64,000 nt of DNA from Octopus vulgaris (Eukaryota), in NCBI GenBank assembly GCA_951406725.2, contig OX597833.1, positions 26,846,001 to 26,910,000 on the forward strand, written 5' to 3'. Both the position numbers and the translations under genes were made by a program. The notes under the pieces are model-generated. The model was not told the origin of the DNA. It saw only the letters and a list, made by a program, of their open reading frames with translations, and searched no databases. This document shows, one piece after another, positions 13,488 through 26,388 of this stretch (its first letter is position 1; every line of letters begins with the position of its first letter).

Positions 13488-14109
13488 ATTAATAAGTACA
13501 AACTCGTTAACACTCTATAAAAATAAACAACAATACATATATAGTTATATAGCAGCAAGTTGACACAGTTCTATAAATGTATGATTTTAAAAAAATTCAA
13601 TATACTATATGTAAATTTATCTATCAAAACAGATTTTCGGTAAAGAACTATTTCTCTAATAACTTCTGACTTTAATTTATGACCTTTAAGTAAGATGTAA
13701 ATATCAACAGCTTCTTGATTTACATAGCACAGTTTTACTTCAATATTCTACTATTTCCTTTAGGATAAAATTATATTTAACATGACTGTCGTGATTTGAT
13801 TTCCGAAACATTTCTTTTGACCTTTTGAATCGTTTTTATAAATAAACTTGCTTTCAAGGTATTTTAAATATTTGTACGTCAACCTGAATATTATTTGTTT
13901 TTCATTTGTTTCCTGCCCTTGATGGAAGTCTAAAAGGAAACCGAAACGTGTAATCCATTCTAAGATCGACGATTCACCTTTAAGATAACTAGCATCTACA
14001 TTACAGGTGTGCAGTACCTGGCAGTGATTGTTTGATTTATGTAATTAAGAATGATGATAATGTTGTTGCTGTTGTTGGTGTTGATGTTGCTATTATAGCA
14101 ACTACTAAG

Positions 14110-14700
14110 GAGGTGAGGTGGCAGAAACGTTAGCAAGCCGGGTGAAATGCTTACCGGTACTTCGTCTGCCGCTACGTTCTAAGTTCAAATTCCGCCGAGG
14201 TCGACTTTGCCTTTCATCCGTTCGGTGTCGATTAAATAAGTACCAGTTACGCACTGGGGTCGATATGATCGACTTAATCCGTTTTATCTGTCCTTGTTTG
14301 TCCCCTCTGTATTTAGCCCCTTGTGGGTAGTAAAGAAATAGGTATTTCGTCTGCCGTTACGTTCTGAGTTCAAATTCCGTCGAGGTCGACTTTGCCTTCC
14401 ATCCATTCGGGGTCAATAAATTAAGTACCAGTTATGCTCTGGAGTCGATGTAATCGGTTTACTCTCTTTGTCTGTTCTTGTTTGTCCCCTCTATGTTTAG
14501 CCCCTTGTGGACAATAAAGAAATAAGGATCGTTAGCACGCCGGGCAAAATGCTTAGCGCTAGTTCGTCCGTCCTTAGGTTGAGTTCAAATTCGGCCGATG
14601 TCGATTTGCCTTTCACCCTTTTAGGGGTCGATAAAATAAGTACCAGCTGAGTACTGGAGTCAACGTAATCGACTAGTCCCCTTCCCCAAATTTCAGTATA
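14110..14700 (+). mobile_element. Three head-to-tail copies of SINE family B
   Basis: Units at about 14110-14340, 14341-14525 and 14527-14700 each contain GAGTTCAAATTC..GTCGACTTTGCCTTTCATCC..GGGTCGATAAA.TAAGTACCAG. Confidence 0.9.
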
Positions 14701-15276
14701 AAGTATTTTGTTGTTTCTTGTCCTTGTTGTTGTTGCTGTTGTTGGTTTTGTTGATCTTTTTCTTGTCATCACGGTAAAATCTGTTCTTTGTTTTTTGTCT
14801 GTGTATGTGCGTGGTTTTCCTTTTGCTGCTTTTAGCTTCTGTTCTTTTTTTATTCTATCTCTATATAGATGCAACTATGGCCGAATTAAGAAGTTTGCAT
14901 CGCAATAACGAGTTCCCAGGTTAGATCCACCTGCACAGCCTCTTGGACCTATGTCCTTTATCAATGGATTCGGGTTATGAGAAGCAGTGTATATAGTTGG
15001 CCACCGTGAAAGCCAAGCGGATGAACTTTACATGGAATTCAAAAGGCTATTCTTGTTACAGTGTCATGCTGATTGTAGCTGAAGATTACATAAAATTACG
15101 AGTGTTGCTTTTGTAATTACCTAGGCCGAGACTTGTCACGTAAGTATGACACATTGATACGGCTTGAAGATAATGAAATGGTTACGCATGACTATGGAAT
15201 ATTCTTCCTATTTTCATTATAATCAATCCGTTGCTAAACAACTTGATTGAAAAACTTGAATCTTCATCGTTTCAAC

Positions 15277-15648
15277 CAGTGCTTCTCAACTGGTATCCAT
15301 ATGACCCTGGGAGCTCACATGGCTCTTAGGGGTTCATATAAGATTTTTTTGATAAAATTTATACACAATAAATTGGTTATACTTCTACAATGCACAAAAC
15401 ATTTTAATTCTTTTATACAGTTTCTAATATTTAATTATAAAACTGTTGGTGTGTAACTTAGCGGTTCGGCAAAAGTGCCTGATAGAATAAGTTCCAGGCT
15501 TATAAAGAATAAGTCCTGGCGTCGATTTCCTTCGACTAAAAGGTTTGGCCACAGTCAAATGACTGAAACAAGTAAAAGAATAAAAGAATATACTGTAACA
15601 ACAACATCTTATATGGACTGCCAAAGGAACCCAGACTGAGAACCACTG
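15277..15648. mobile_element. hAT (Charlie-like) MITE containing a SINE-A tail at about 15445-15590
   Basis: Termini CAGTGCTTCTCA / TGAGAACCACTG are inverted repeats of the CAGTGGTTCTCAA type; target-site duplication not clear. Confidence 0.65.
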
Positions 15649-15996
15649 GTCTAATGCAACGAAAGGTTTATTTGATTTGTCTTATATCAGACGCAGAAAC
15701 ACGCGTGCAGACAAACATGCACTCACAGACTCATTACACTGCTATCATAAATGTGGTCTAAAATTGCTATTCAGTTTCAGCTACACATTGATACTCCTAA
15801 GAGACGTCAAGTTAAACTTCAAATTTCTCTCAACTTTCCATCACCCTTATCATTATCTTATCATCTGTGACAATTTAATTTTGAAGACTTATATGTTTTC
15901 TTACATTTCACATTCAGCATATTGTAACATGCTTCAGGTGCAAAAATAAAATGAAATTACCTTCTTTTATTTTTTCACCTTTTTCGTTTTTTTTTT

Positions 15997-16079
15997 TAAA
16001 TTATACCTCTAAATTATACCTTCTAAATTATACCTTCTAAATTATACCTTCTAAATTACACTTCTGTATACACCTTTTT

Positions 16080-16155
<76 letters not shown>
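15997..16155 (+). repeat. 14-bp tandem (TAAATTATACCTTC, about 5 copies) followed by (ACT)n(AAT)n
   Basis: Directly visible. Confidence 0.9.
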
Positions 16156-16175
<20 letters not shown>

Positions 16176-16444
16176 AACTACTATCCCTACCTTGCCCCGT
16201 TGTCTTTACTTTTCTTTTTTATATATACCCTTTACAATCTACTTATATCTCGCAACTACTCAAACCACTTCAGCTAATCTTCATCATCCCAACGAAGCTT
16301 CACCTCATTCTCTGTTCTACTGCTTCCAGTTATTGCTTTTTCTTTTTAAATAGTTATCAGTTTTAAAATTGGAAGACACTTTTAGATCAGTTCATTGGTT
16401 ACAGGAACAAGAACAAGAACAAGAACATCTGCTTTAATCCAACA

Positions 16445-16587
16445 AGTAGTGATGATGATGACCGTAAGGAAAGTGTTGATGATGATGGCGGTGATGATGA
16501 TGATGAAAAGGGGGACAAGGAGGAGGAGGAGGAGGATGACGACGACGACGGTGAGGGTGGTGGTGGTGATGATGATGATGGTGGTGG

Positions 16588-16635
<48 letters not shown>

Positions 16636-16675
16636 CGACGATGATGATTGGCGATGACGGTGATGATGATAATGA
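16445..16675 (+). repeat. Compound trinucleotide microsatellite (GAT/GAG/GAC/GGT)
   Basis: Directly visible; explains the poly-M, poly-H and poly-I ORFs. Confidence 0.9.
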
Positions 16676-17094
16676 AGGTAAGTAGAGTGATGTTCGTGAA
16701 AACAAAGACGATAATATCAAAGCTCATGTTGAAAAATCAAGAGAAGAGCGAGAAGAATAGCAGGTTAGGTTCCTAAGCCTGATCCAGTAATTGTTACTAA
16801 TAATAAAATATTGAAAAAAAAAACAATATATCATTGTCAGATGGCACAAACTTAAGAAAAATTGCTTACGGTATGCCGGCAGTAATGTGGAGAGGAGAAT
16901 TCGTACACTTCCCAGCATATAAAACCCGTACCTGATATGTGCCTTAATGACTGTGTTACCTTTAAGAAAGATTCTTTAATTATCTAAATGAAAATTCTCC
17001 TACGAAGATGAAAAAATGCTAAACTTTGGAGAGAATAGTCACAGGAGTTGAGACCTAGATCTATCACTTTGAGCCAAAATCCAAAAGCCAGAGT

Positions 17095-17370
17095 ATGGAG
17101 TGGAAACACCCGGAATCGTAGCGAAAAAGAAATTCAAGATTCCATTCAGTCTGTCCTTGTTTGACCTCTCTGTGTTTAGCCCCTTGTGGGTAGTAAAGAA
17201 ATATGTATTTCTTCTGTTTTACGTTCTGACTTCAAATTTCGCCGATGTCGACTTTGCTTTTCATCATTTCGGGGTCGATAAATCAAATATCAGTTGCGTA
17301 CTGGGATCGACCTAACTAACAGCTCCTCTCCCCCAAAATTTCTGGCCTTGTGCCTAGGGTAGAAAAGAAT
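17095..17370 (+). mobile_element. SINE family B copy
   Basis: TTCAAATTTCGCCGATGTCGACTTTGCTTTTCATCATTTCGGGGTCGATAAA, homologous to the units at 14110-14700. Confidence 0.8.
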
Positions 17371-18829
17371 ATGGTGGCAGGTGTACAATCGTAGAATGCC
17401 TGTCATCTCTACAGACGATGTGAGTTCGATTCCAAAGGGCAACCTTTGACTTTTTCCTACACAAAAGGGTTTTTCAACAAATATTTAAATGCTATTAATT
17501 ATAGCCATAACCAATTCTCAAAATGATTATTCCACGTTCCTTCGAATCTTTACAATTTCATGATGTCATCAATATAAATATATAGACACATGTATATATA
17601 CATTCATACACACACATGTATGTATGTGCGTGTATATATATACCGACACACACATATAGCCAAATATATTATGAAGAGATATTCGCACACATGTACAAAT
17701 ATAAAGACATAAACACACGCGCAAGCATTTAAGGTTTGAATTCATACAAAGTGAGAGAAAGACTTTTTAAACCTACGCAGGTCTGCCACTGAGCCCACCA
17801 GGAACCACTTTACGCGTCATCAACGCTTTTATTCATAGTGATATTCTTACTACTAGGATTATGAAATCCAGAAGGATGAACTATAATGTCGATTTATGCG
17901 CTAACTGGAATCAGAACGCAAACGGAATGAAATATTTGTCATATTAAATTCAGAAAACGTATACAGTGTACAATGATCACTAAATAATATAACAACTTAT
18001 CATACACTACTTAGTAACCAACCATTAATGAAAGACAATCACCATCTAATAATATGAAATAAGACATTCTTATATAATGAACACCCGAAACTGTAACGCA
18101 TGAGGCGATGAATTGGGAGAACGTAAAGCACGTCGAAGAGAAATGCTTTGTAATATTCGTTTTCTTCCTGGTCCGTTACTTTCTGGGATCGATAAAGTAT
18201 CAGTTAATATTCCCTTTCCTTATAGTTGCTGGCCTTGTACCAAAATTTGTAACCATTATTCATTTCTGATTTCCGAAACAAATCACAATGGCCTTCCATT
18301 CCTCCGCGGTTTACATGTACTAGTCCACAAAAAGAATCCATATTTCTCTTGCTCCCTTCACCCTTCTTTTCCCCTCTTTCTCTTTCATTTCTGAAGAAAT
18401 CGGTTGTGGTCAGACCTGGAAAAGGGGACACCCCACTAAATTCAGATGCCCAAGACATGCCGTTTGTCATCCAGGGTGCCTCTAATTCTCAACCACATCC
18501 CATCCCCATAAAAATTTTTCCAAAACTCAAGTTATCTCTATAATTTCCGTGCAAAAATATAATATATCCTACACTACACACAATGTGCATGCTGTGCACA
18601 AGCATCCCCGAATACTAATATGCATAAAACTCATACAATGAAAGGAAACATTATCACAACAATAAAACAATACCAGAATTACCAAAGTGAGCCCTACAAC
18701 ATGGCAAAATAGACATAGTATACAGTTTAAGTATTTCATCATTCAAAGACAATACTGTAAATAATTTAGGTACACAGGCGTGTTTCTGACGGGGCAGCGG
18801 AAACTAGCAGAAACGTGATAGAAGCATAA

Positions 18830-19254
18830 ATGTAATAACAATCATATGGGCTACAGCAAATATTCTGATCAATATCATAGATTTGTTTGTCATTTGCTTG
18901 ACTTTAACCAGTTGAACATATCTCTTAGTGGTTGACAATATGTGCATCACGAGCAGAAGTAGTTGGGGAGCATCATAGCCATGTGTTGAGTATTCCTTGG
19001 GATTTGAATAATTCATATCTGGAAACATGGGTGTTTTATTCATTTTCCTTAAATAACCCTCATTCAGTGACCTTCTGAGCGGGATGTGCAACTCAACCTG
19101 AAGAAGATTCTAACTAGGCCCCACCTGCAAGGTCACATGTTGCGCACATATGGTTGAGATGCCTGTACCTGTTAAGGGTAGTCATGATATGTATACTGAG
19201 CTACTATACTTGTACCCCAGTGTCATTTTGATGACATGCATTGCTCTCTCATTC

Positions 19255-19296
<42 letters not shown>

Positions 19297-19297
19297 T
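18830..19297 (+). mobile_element. Unclassified retroposon-like sequence ending in an (AAT)n tail
   Basis: Complex sequence ending CTCTCTCATTC(AAT)n with no recognisable ORF; classification is inferred from the tail only. Confidence 0.35.
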
Positions 19298-20399
19298 GGA
19301 AGAAGAAGAAGAAGAAGAAGAAGAAGAAGAAGAAGAGAGCCTCGCGCTGAATAGCAACACAGATGTGCTACGCCGGGCTTTCCATTCAAAAACAAATCTA
19401 ATCTAATAACATTGGTAGAATGGGATACAGGAACTTGTAGAAGACTTGAAGGAAGCGGCCTTTTAACAAAAATAATCACTAAAACGAAATTTTATTGCCA
19501 TACAAAGCACAGTTTCTCCTAAGCACGATGTCTCAGTGAAACATGTGCGAAACACATATGCGAAATCAACATCTGAAAGTTTACAAATTATAAAATATAA
19601 ATGGAACAAAACAGTAAGTACATAAATTGATTAATTACGCATACACTCGAATGTCGAGTGTATGCGTAATTAGCACTGCCAGGCTAGGGAATTATCCATA
19701 GACCCTGGCCCGAAAAGCCTTCGCAACAGATTGTGAGTTGATCCTCGTCGACACACTGAGTTTCCTCGAGAACGTCGTCGCACTTTTATTCCACTATAGA
19801 ACATTAGAGCAAAACTACCACTGACCGCATTGCCCGCCTGGCAGAGAGCTGTGAGTGCTTGACGGTATTCGAGGTGCCAAGCGCCTAATCCAGGATTGCA
19901 GCTCGGTCAAAGAGACGTGCTGTGGGAGAGCGAGTCTAACAAACGGCGACCTCACCTGCTAACCGTCAAGGAAACGCTAGAGATACTGCAACCTGAGCGC
20001 ATATCTCCGCATCAGCAGCTACGGCATGCTCAGGCCACCATTCAGCGGCTGTTGACAGCAGATGTAGCGTCTTACCAGCGAAACGCGACCTCTCCACACA
20101 AAGTGGAAAAGTATGCGGACCAGCTTGTTCAAGCGTTCGTAGATGACGGAAGTGATGTACGCATTCGCCACCTTAGCTTGACATTTCAGGGGCAGCTTCC
20201 TCTCGGCCCATTTGTTTTGTGGGTGAGATTGGCAACCCTGTTCGTCACCATGTCCCAGTTTTTCTCCACCTGGAGGTCTGGACTGAACCAGATTCAGGGC
20301 TGTCTGTTGGACGGCATGGATTTACCCCTCCAAGTGCCGAGTTACAAGCCCACTGATTTTTTTCGCGTTAATTTTTGCTCCTGTCGACTCTTCATATTC

Positions 20400-21180
20400 T
20401 TTTAGGTCTATGAGTTTGTGGCTTGACACTATGACAGTGACATCGTCTGCTTAAGAAGGCATGCTTCTCCCATGTCCTATATCACGCAGGATGCTCCTCA
20501 GTGCCTCCAGCTTCCGTAGCAGTGGCTCAAGAATCAGTACATAGCGAAGTGAGGAGAGCCGGTACCCTTAACGGACCGAGCGCAAGATGCTGAAGGGTTT
20601 TGACAGATGATCATGCACCCGAACTACCGAGCAGATGCTGCTGTACATGACAGCGATCCAACCACGGACAACTGGACCGAAACCGGCTGCCGCGAGAACA
20701 ACCACCAAGTATTGGTGGTGGAACCTATTGAAAGCTTTAGATTGATCTAAATTGATCAGAGCCCCACCTGTGTCAGCTTCGTTAACCACCCTCCATATAA
20801 TGTAGCTCATGAAGTGGAGGTAGTCAGGAATAGTCCTGGTTGGGATGGCGCATTTTTGCGCATCGCCAATCAGCTTCTCAACAACAAGCGCCAACCTGTT
20901 GGCTATCACTTTGGCCAAAACCTTCAGCTCTGCATTGGGCAGTGATGGGCCTGAATTCTCTATCATGTTTGCGTCCTTTTTCAGCAGTATCACGCCTTTC
21001 GACAAACATGAGTGGTAATTCTCCCATTTTATTGCCAGTTGCGGTAAATGTCTGCTAAGAGGCTCGCAAACAAGTCTGGCATAGAAATATAAAGCTCGTA
21101 GGGTAGACCATCCAAATCCGGCGGCCTACCTCTAGCGCAGCCCTTCATCGCATCCTGTTTCCGCAGTTGTTATCGGCCTT
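20400..21180 (-). pseudogene. Tx1 ORF2 reverse transcriptase fragment
   Basis: ORF 20568-21005 carries RT domains 1-4; stops and frameshifts on both sides. Confidence 0.85.
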
Positions 21181-21308
21181 TCGTAGCACTCTGATATGTA
21201 GACAGCGAAGTCCAGGTAGACACCGAAATCTTCCCCGTTATCCGTCCTATTACTCGTCCCAAACATGAGCACGACCATGTTAAGATTTAAGATGACGATA
21301 AGCTCTAG

Positions 21309-22915
21309 TTACCACTGTTGTCCGGTGGGTTGGCCCCTTATTCCTTGGTGTGGGGTGTTTTCACGAGTAAAGTTTTGTATAGTCTTTTTGAAAATGTTTT
21401 CTGAAACGGCCCTGCAGCTTCCGGAAAGTTTGTTTTTAATGTATTGCATATGTGCTGTGTAATTTTTAGAATTTGTATGTGTGGTGGTGGCGCGTTGTGT
21501 TGAGAAGACAATGGCTTTCATTGTTGTCCCTCTGTTGTTCGTTAAGTGTGTAACAAGATGTATGTTGTCTATGTTTTGGGCTGTGAGGTTGGTAGTACTT
21601 GTGAAGACTGTCTGTGTTGTAATTTGTGTTGGTGTTTGTGTTTGAGGTGGTAGTGCTGGCGAAAGTGTTGTTGTTGTTGGCGGTTGTAACTGAGTGTTGT
21701 TGCTGTTGAGAAGTTCAGCTTGTTTGCACGTCCTCTTTTTGTAGTAATAGTTCTTCAGTTCTTTTTTCCTCTTTTTTGGAGCCATTGTGTCCCAATCCCC
21801 ACTCTCGAACTCAGTACTTGAGCAGTCCGAGTTGTTTGGGTCGGGAAGGGGAATGTTTTGAGGGTCCTGGACTTATTGTGGGGGTTCATTTGTTGCTGGT
21901 ACTACTGTTGTTGCTGATGGTGGTGGTGGTGGTGGTGGTGGTGGACTCATGGATGCTGGAGCTTTTGGTGTTGAAGTTTCAGTGACGGCTGAATGCAGTT
22001 TCGCTGGTGGTGGTGGTAGTGGTGGCGGTGGTGGTGGTGGGGCCAGTGCTGCCCTTGGTATATCGACCGCTGGTCCCTGCTGCTGCACCTGTTGTTGTTG
22101 TTGCTGCGCTGGAAGTGGAACTGACAATGGTGTTAGTAGTAGTGCTGGCCGTTCCTCCCCTCTCTTTCTGGGGTAAGATACCTTGAGTTGGCTCTTGTCA
22201 CCACAGAGGTAACATCTCGGCTTCCTGCCGTCTACGGCCATGTGTAAAGTCAAGAATTAGCTCTATGTTACTTGTTCTACTTGGATTAAGAGCTCCATCT
22301 CCTGACCCGGCTAATTTTGTTGGTACAACTTGTACACCTCCAGTATTGTATTGGTGTCCTCTATGTCTAGGAGGAGTGCCGCCATCAGCCAGCATATATT
22401 TCTTTCTGGGGGCACCTCCCCGATTTTTATTTTTGTTAGGCGCCGACCAAGGTACGTGGGCACGAGTAAAATGTCTTGACCTTCTAGTGACACTGTGGAA
22501 TGGTGTCTTGCTTCTTACTCCGTTGCGAAACGGACCTCCACAGTGGCGAAACGTTTTCCTCTTGTTACATACGTTTTTACATTCCAAACTGGCTTAAGTA
22601 TGACTTCAAGTGCTCTTGTGTTGCTTGTTCCATTCTCTTATATTGTGTGCGTTTACGCATTTGTAAATGAGTGTTTTTTTGTGTGTCTCTAATTATATCA
22701 TTTGGTGTATTTATCGCTACATTGTTTCCACTTTTTATTAATCCTAATGTCTTCCACTTTGAAACCGTGATGAAACCGTTGACGCTTGGCTTGCTGCTGT
22801 TGTTGTTCGTGTTTGTGGTGGTGGTGGTGGTGGTGGTGGTGGTGACATTGTCAGTGTCCTTTTCTCCTGTTTTCTTTTTTCTTTCCTTTTTCCTTCTTTT
22901 CCTGTGCAGGAACAA
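21309..22915 (-). pseudogene. Tx1 ORF1 (gag-like, zinc knuckle, poly-T/Q/P tracts), frameshifted
   Basis: ORF pieces 22577-22915, 22311-22493, 21873-22253 and 21309-21785: LLVPTYLGRRLTKIKIGEVPP, AVDGRKPRCYLCG. Confidence 0.7.
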
Positions 22916-23357
22916 TAGTGGTGGTGAAAGAGGAGTAGTCTTCGTTGAAATGGCTGTTCAACCTTCCGCTCTCATTCCCTCACTCGATCACCATTGTTTT
23001 TTTTTTCTTTATTGTTTTCGAAAATCTTTCAAAGACATTTTTCGAAAAAAATGTGTAATTAGCCCCTAAAGGGAGCTATTTCCAACAAAAACTAGCTCTG
23101 CAGGAGGGCAGCTTCCCCAGAAACTGAATTCAACAACAAAAACAGGAGTTCAACAAACTCTTCACAACAAAACGACAACCACGAATTTCTGCTCACCGAG
23201 CTCAAAAAGAACACACCAACTACAGCATCAACAACAACAATAATGATAATCTTTTCTACTCTAGTTACGGTCTGAAATAGATCGACCCCAGTACGCAATT
23301 TGTACTTAATTCATCGACCACGAAAGGCAAAGTCGACCTTGGTAGAATATGAACTCC

Positions 23358-23414
<57 letters not shown>

Positions 23415-25403
23415 TGATGATGATGATGATGATGATGAGGATGATGATGATGATGATAATACAGATAGTTAAAATATATATAATACAGAAATAGTGGTAC
23501 ACCAGTACGGCCGCAGTCCAGGAAATAAAACCAGCAAAAGAATAAATGGAACCATATCTGATATTTACCATTTCTGTTTTGAATAAAAAAAATTTATACA
23601 CCGTATTGTCTGCGAGGTAGAAATGAGGCTCTGTTGCATCTCTATCTGTTAGACCATAGACATCGCTCTGAAATCCTTATATATTCTCTTAAATATATAA
23701 TTCAACATTTCAAGATGTTTTACCTCAATTTTACCAGAATTAACATATGTTTATACATTATTATGGTTTTTACGCTCCATTGTTTTTTTTTCCTGGGGCA
23801 CAATGCCATAAAAGATGGTGGGAAGAGTTGTGTGATCGCAGTCCAATGAATGAAGCTAGGAAGAGAATAAAATAAAAAGCAAAATGAATCGATCAACACT
23901 ATTCGTTCGGTTAGGTCATTTTATTCTTTTCTTCCGGTTCACTTATTTGTTCATTTATTCTGTCCTTTTATATAAATTTATTTCTGTTTACAGTACATGA
24001 TGTTATTGTTGATTCTCTTTTCTTCTTTTTCTTTCGTTCTGTTTTTCCTTCCCCTTAATCTAAATATCATCACAGAGAAAATGGATTGATGATCAAGCTA
24101 AGTGACTATGTTTGTTTTATGATCGTTTAATCCGAATCGCAAATTAGATGTCTTCAAACAAAATACTGAGTTAACGTGTCCGCCATTCTTTTGATGTGAA
24201 TGACTACAGATTTATGACTACGACATTTCGACATTCTTATTCCTGTCACCATTTTCCTTCGTCCACTTTTTTCGCATGCCCACTATTCAGCTTCATTTTC
24301 ATCTTCTTTCTTTTTGTCTGGTACCTCTTGGTTTCTTCCTCTTCTTTTTTTTTGCTGCTTTCTTCCTCTTCTTTTTTTTTTTTTGCTGCTTTCCTTATGT
24401 AACAGAGATGGCGTAATGGATAATATGATCCAAGATAAACTATGCTTGTAAAACACAACATGATCATCGTTAGAGGGTATTTAATCATACTTCTGCTCAA
24501 TCGCAATTAATGTGAAGCTAAGCATCAATAACTTCTCATTTCTCTTCCCCATCTCGTCCTCCACCTAGGTTCATTCCTTTTCTTTCGTCTTTTTCTTCTC
24601 TTCTCCACCATTTTGTCTCCAGCCTTCATCAATTCACGTGTTCTCTTAAAACAATTTTTCATTCCTGAGTCGCCACTGTTATTGTCCAATTCTTCCCTTA
24701 TTCATTTCTATTCGTCTACAACCTCCTTCAAAATCTCATTCTTCGCCCTCTTCACATTCCTTTCTTTCTTTTATTGCCTCCTTCCTATCTCCCTTTCCAT
24801 TCTAACATTATTTCATCAGGCTCTTTCTCTAATAATGTTACTCAGCCGACCTACTCGAAATAGTTGAATTTCCTTTAAGTCACGCATTACATTCTTGATT
24901 ATCTAAGACAGACTGTCTTCAAGAGGAAGAGCAGAACGGTCATAGCTACAACACCTTTCCTCATAGGTCTGCTCGATCAGATTGCTGGCTGCACAACGAG
25001 ATTCCAGCATTCATTTATTCGGTTATCCTTTCTCGTTTTTAACCAATCATACCTGTAATCATTCAGTCCTTATATATATATATATATATTACACATTCTT
25101 TAATTTCCCCACGCTTTGATTCATTACTCATTATTCTCTTTTCTTTCTTTGCTTCCTTCCTGATGTCATTAAATTTCTTTAATATCTGCTTATTCGTTCT
25201 CCGCGTTGAAAAGATTTTCATGCACATTGCTATGCAGATATAATCAGTTTCATTTGCCACATTAATCATTTGCACTCAGCCGTTAACCATGAGCAACCAA
25301 AACAACTAATGTCAGAAATGCATTGTTTCGATGAACGGAAGATTTGAAACATTATTGGCAAAGGGAATGAGGAATTACTCAACAATAATAGCAGAAAGAA
25401 TAA

Positions 25404-25439
<36 letters not shown>

Positions 25440-25482
25440 TAAATAAATGGACCTGATCGAAGATGTTATTAAATTTATTTTA

Positions 25483-25548
25483 CTTTCGACATATGTTTCG
25501 AAGACAAAGGAATAAACGGTGTAAAATGCAATCTTCTCATCAGGAAAG
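25483..25548 (-). ncRNA. Type I hammerhead ribozyme, intact core
   Basis: Minus strand: CTTTC-CTGATGA-GAAGA-(27 nt)-TCTTC-GAAAC-ATAT-GTC^GAAAG; stems I and II pair perfectly and loop III is palindromic. Confidence 0.85.
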
Positions 25549-25852
25549 AAAGAGAACCTATCTCAACAACAAGACATTATAACAATTACGATGACTGCCT
25601 AAATGATAAACAGAACTTTATTAAGTATTTAAAAAACCGTTAGTAGATTTGACGTTAAAGGCAGATACTAGGAAGAAAAGAGTTAAAGAAGTAATAAGTA
25701 GAGAACAAATAAAGCGGGGTACGTTTGTTGAAGAAAAAAAGTTCAAAGGCTTAAAAGTAGATTTCCCTATTGAAGTAAAGTGCAAGTTAAACTAATTGTT
25801 CAAATTATCAAGGCTGGCGAAATCACTTATATGAGTTAAAGGTATGTTTCTA

Positions 25853-26212
25853 TCAGTGCTTACATTTGTAAGATCGCTCTATAAATGTGTTAACAAGGTG
25901 ATTCTTAGAGAAGAGAATATGGAAGGGTTCAGAGTTGCAAATGTTACAAAATCCCTTGCCCTTATCGTAAGGAAAAGATACGGACAGGATGAACCAATCT
26001 AACTTAAAATATTTATTGTTGTCTTTAAGATGCCAAACCAGTTTACTTAGCCCTGTACTATGGCGTTTTCTGCTATCCCTAAATGATGAATAATGATTTG
26101 AAATTCTCTTAGATGACTGGGAAGAGGATGCGCCTATGTATAAGTAGACATCGGTACCGGAAGAAATTTTACACTGGTATATAGAATTCTTGATCTTAGA
26201 ATTATTAAACAT
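25853..26212 (-). pseudogene. GIY-YIG endonuclease domain of the Naiad-like PLE
   Basis: SIY...YIG motif, R..NH..SF, CxxC and terminal CxH. Confidence 0.85.
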
Positions 26213-26272
26213 AAATTTAATTCTGTTGGGGTTGTCCTCAGAGATGAGATCAAAACCCTGTTTTTATTGCTA

Positions 26273-26333
<61 letters not shown>

Positions 26334-26388
26334 TGTTGTTGTTGTTGTTGTTGTTGTTAATGCTATTATTATTATTATTATTATTATT

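Larger units (their letters stand above)
19483..23225 (-). mobile_element. Tx1/L1-clade LINE, internally deleted (5' UTR, ORF1, partial ORF2 RT, 3' UTR with AATAAA)
   Basis: ORF1 with a degenerate CCHC knuckle (RKPRCYLCGDKSQLK); RT motifs PDLDGLPYELY, LPNAELKVLAKVIANRL, GALINLDQSKAFNRFHH, RSVR; minus-strand GCAATAAA near 19491-19498. Confidence 0.88.

Noticed and set aside
16395-16685. Acidic low-complexity exon ending at GAAG|GTAAGT
   Set aside because: Compound trinucleotide microsatellite; no convincing acceptor or partner exons. RNA-seq would be needed.
17372-17445. tRNA gene (GGTGTACAATCGTAGAATGCC...GAGTTCGATTCC)
   Set aside because: A- and B-box-like motifs only; no cloverleaf could be built. 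Probably a decayed SINE head. The same applies to all SINE heads here.
18781-18830. Hammerhead-like CTGACGG...GAAACGTGATA (also 3215-3230 and 6461-6490)
   Set aside because: Core incomplete or stem II not pairing; cannot be told from chance.
19896-20405. 169-aa plus-strand ORF
   Set aside because: Antisense shadow of Tx1 ORF2.
25853-26270. Selenocysteine recoding as reported for some Naiad elements
   Set aside because: The TGA after CKH is at a non-Cys position, the linker cysteines I checked in the 61490-62030 copy are TGY codons, and I saw no SECIS. A SECISearch run on the consensus would settle it.
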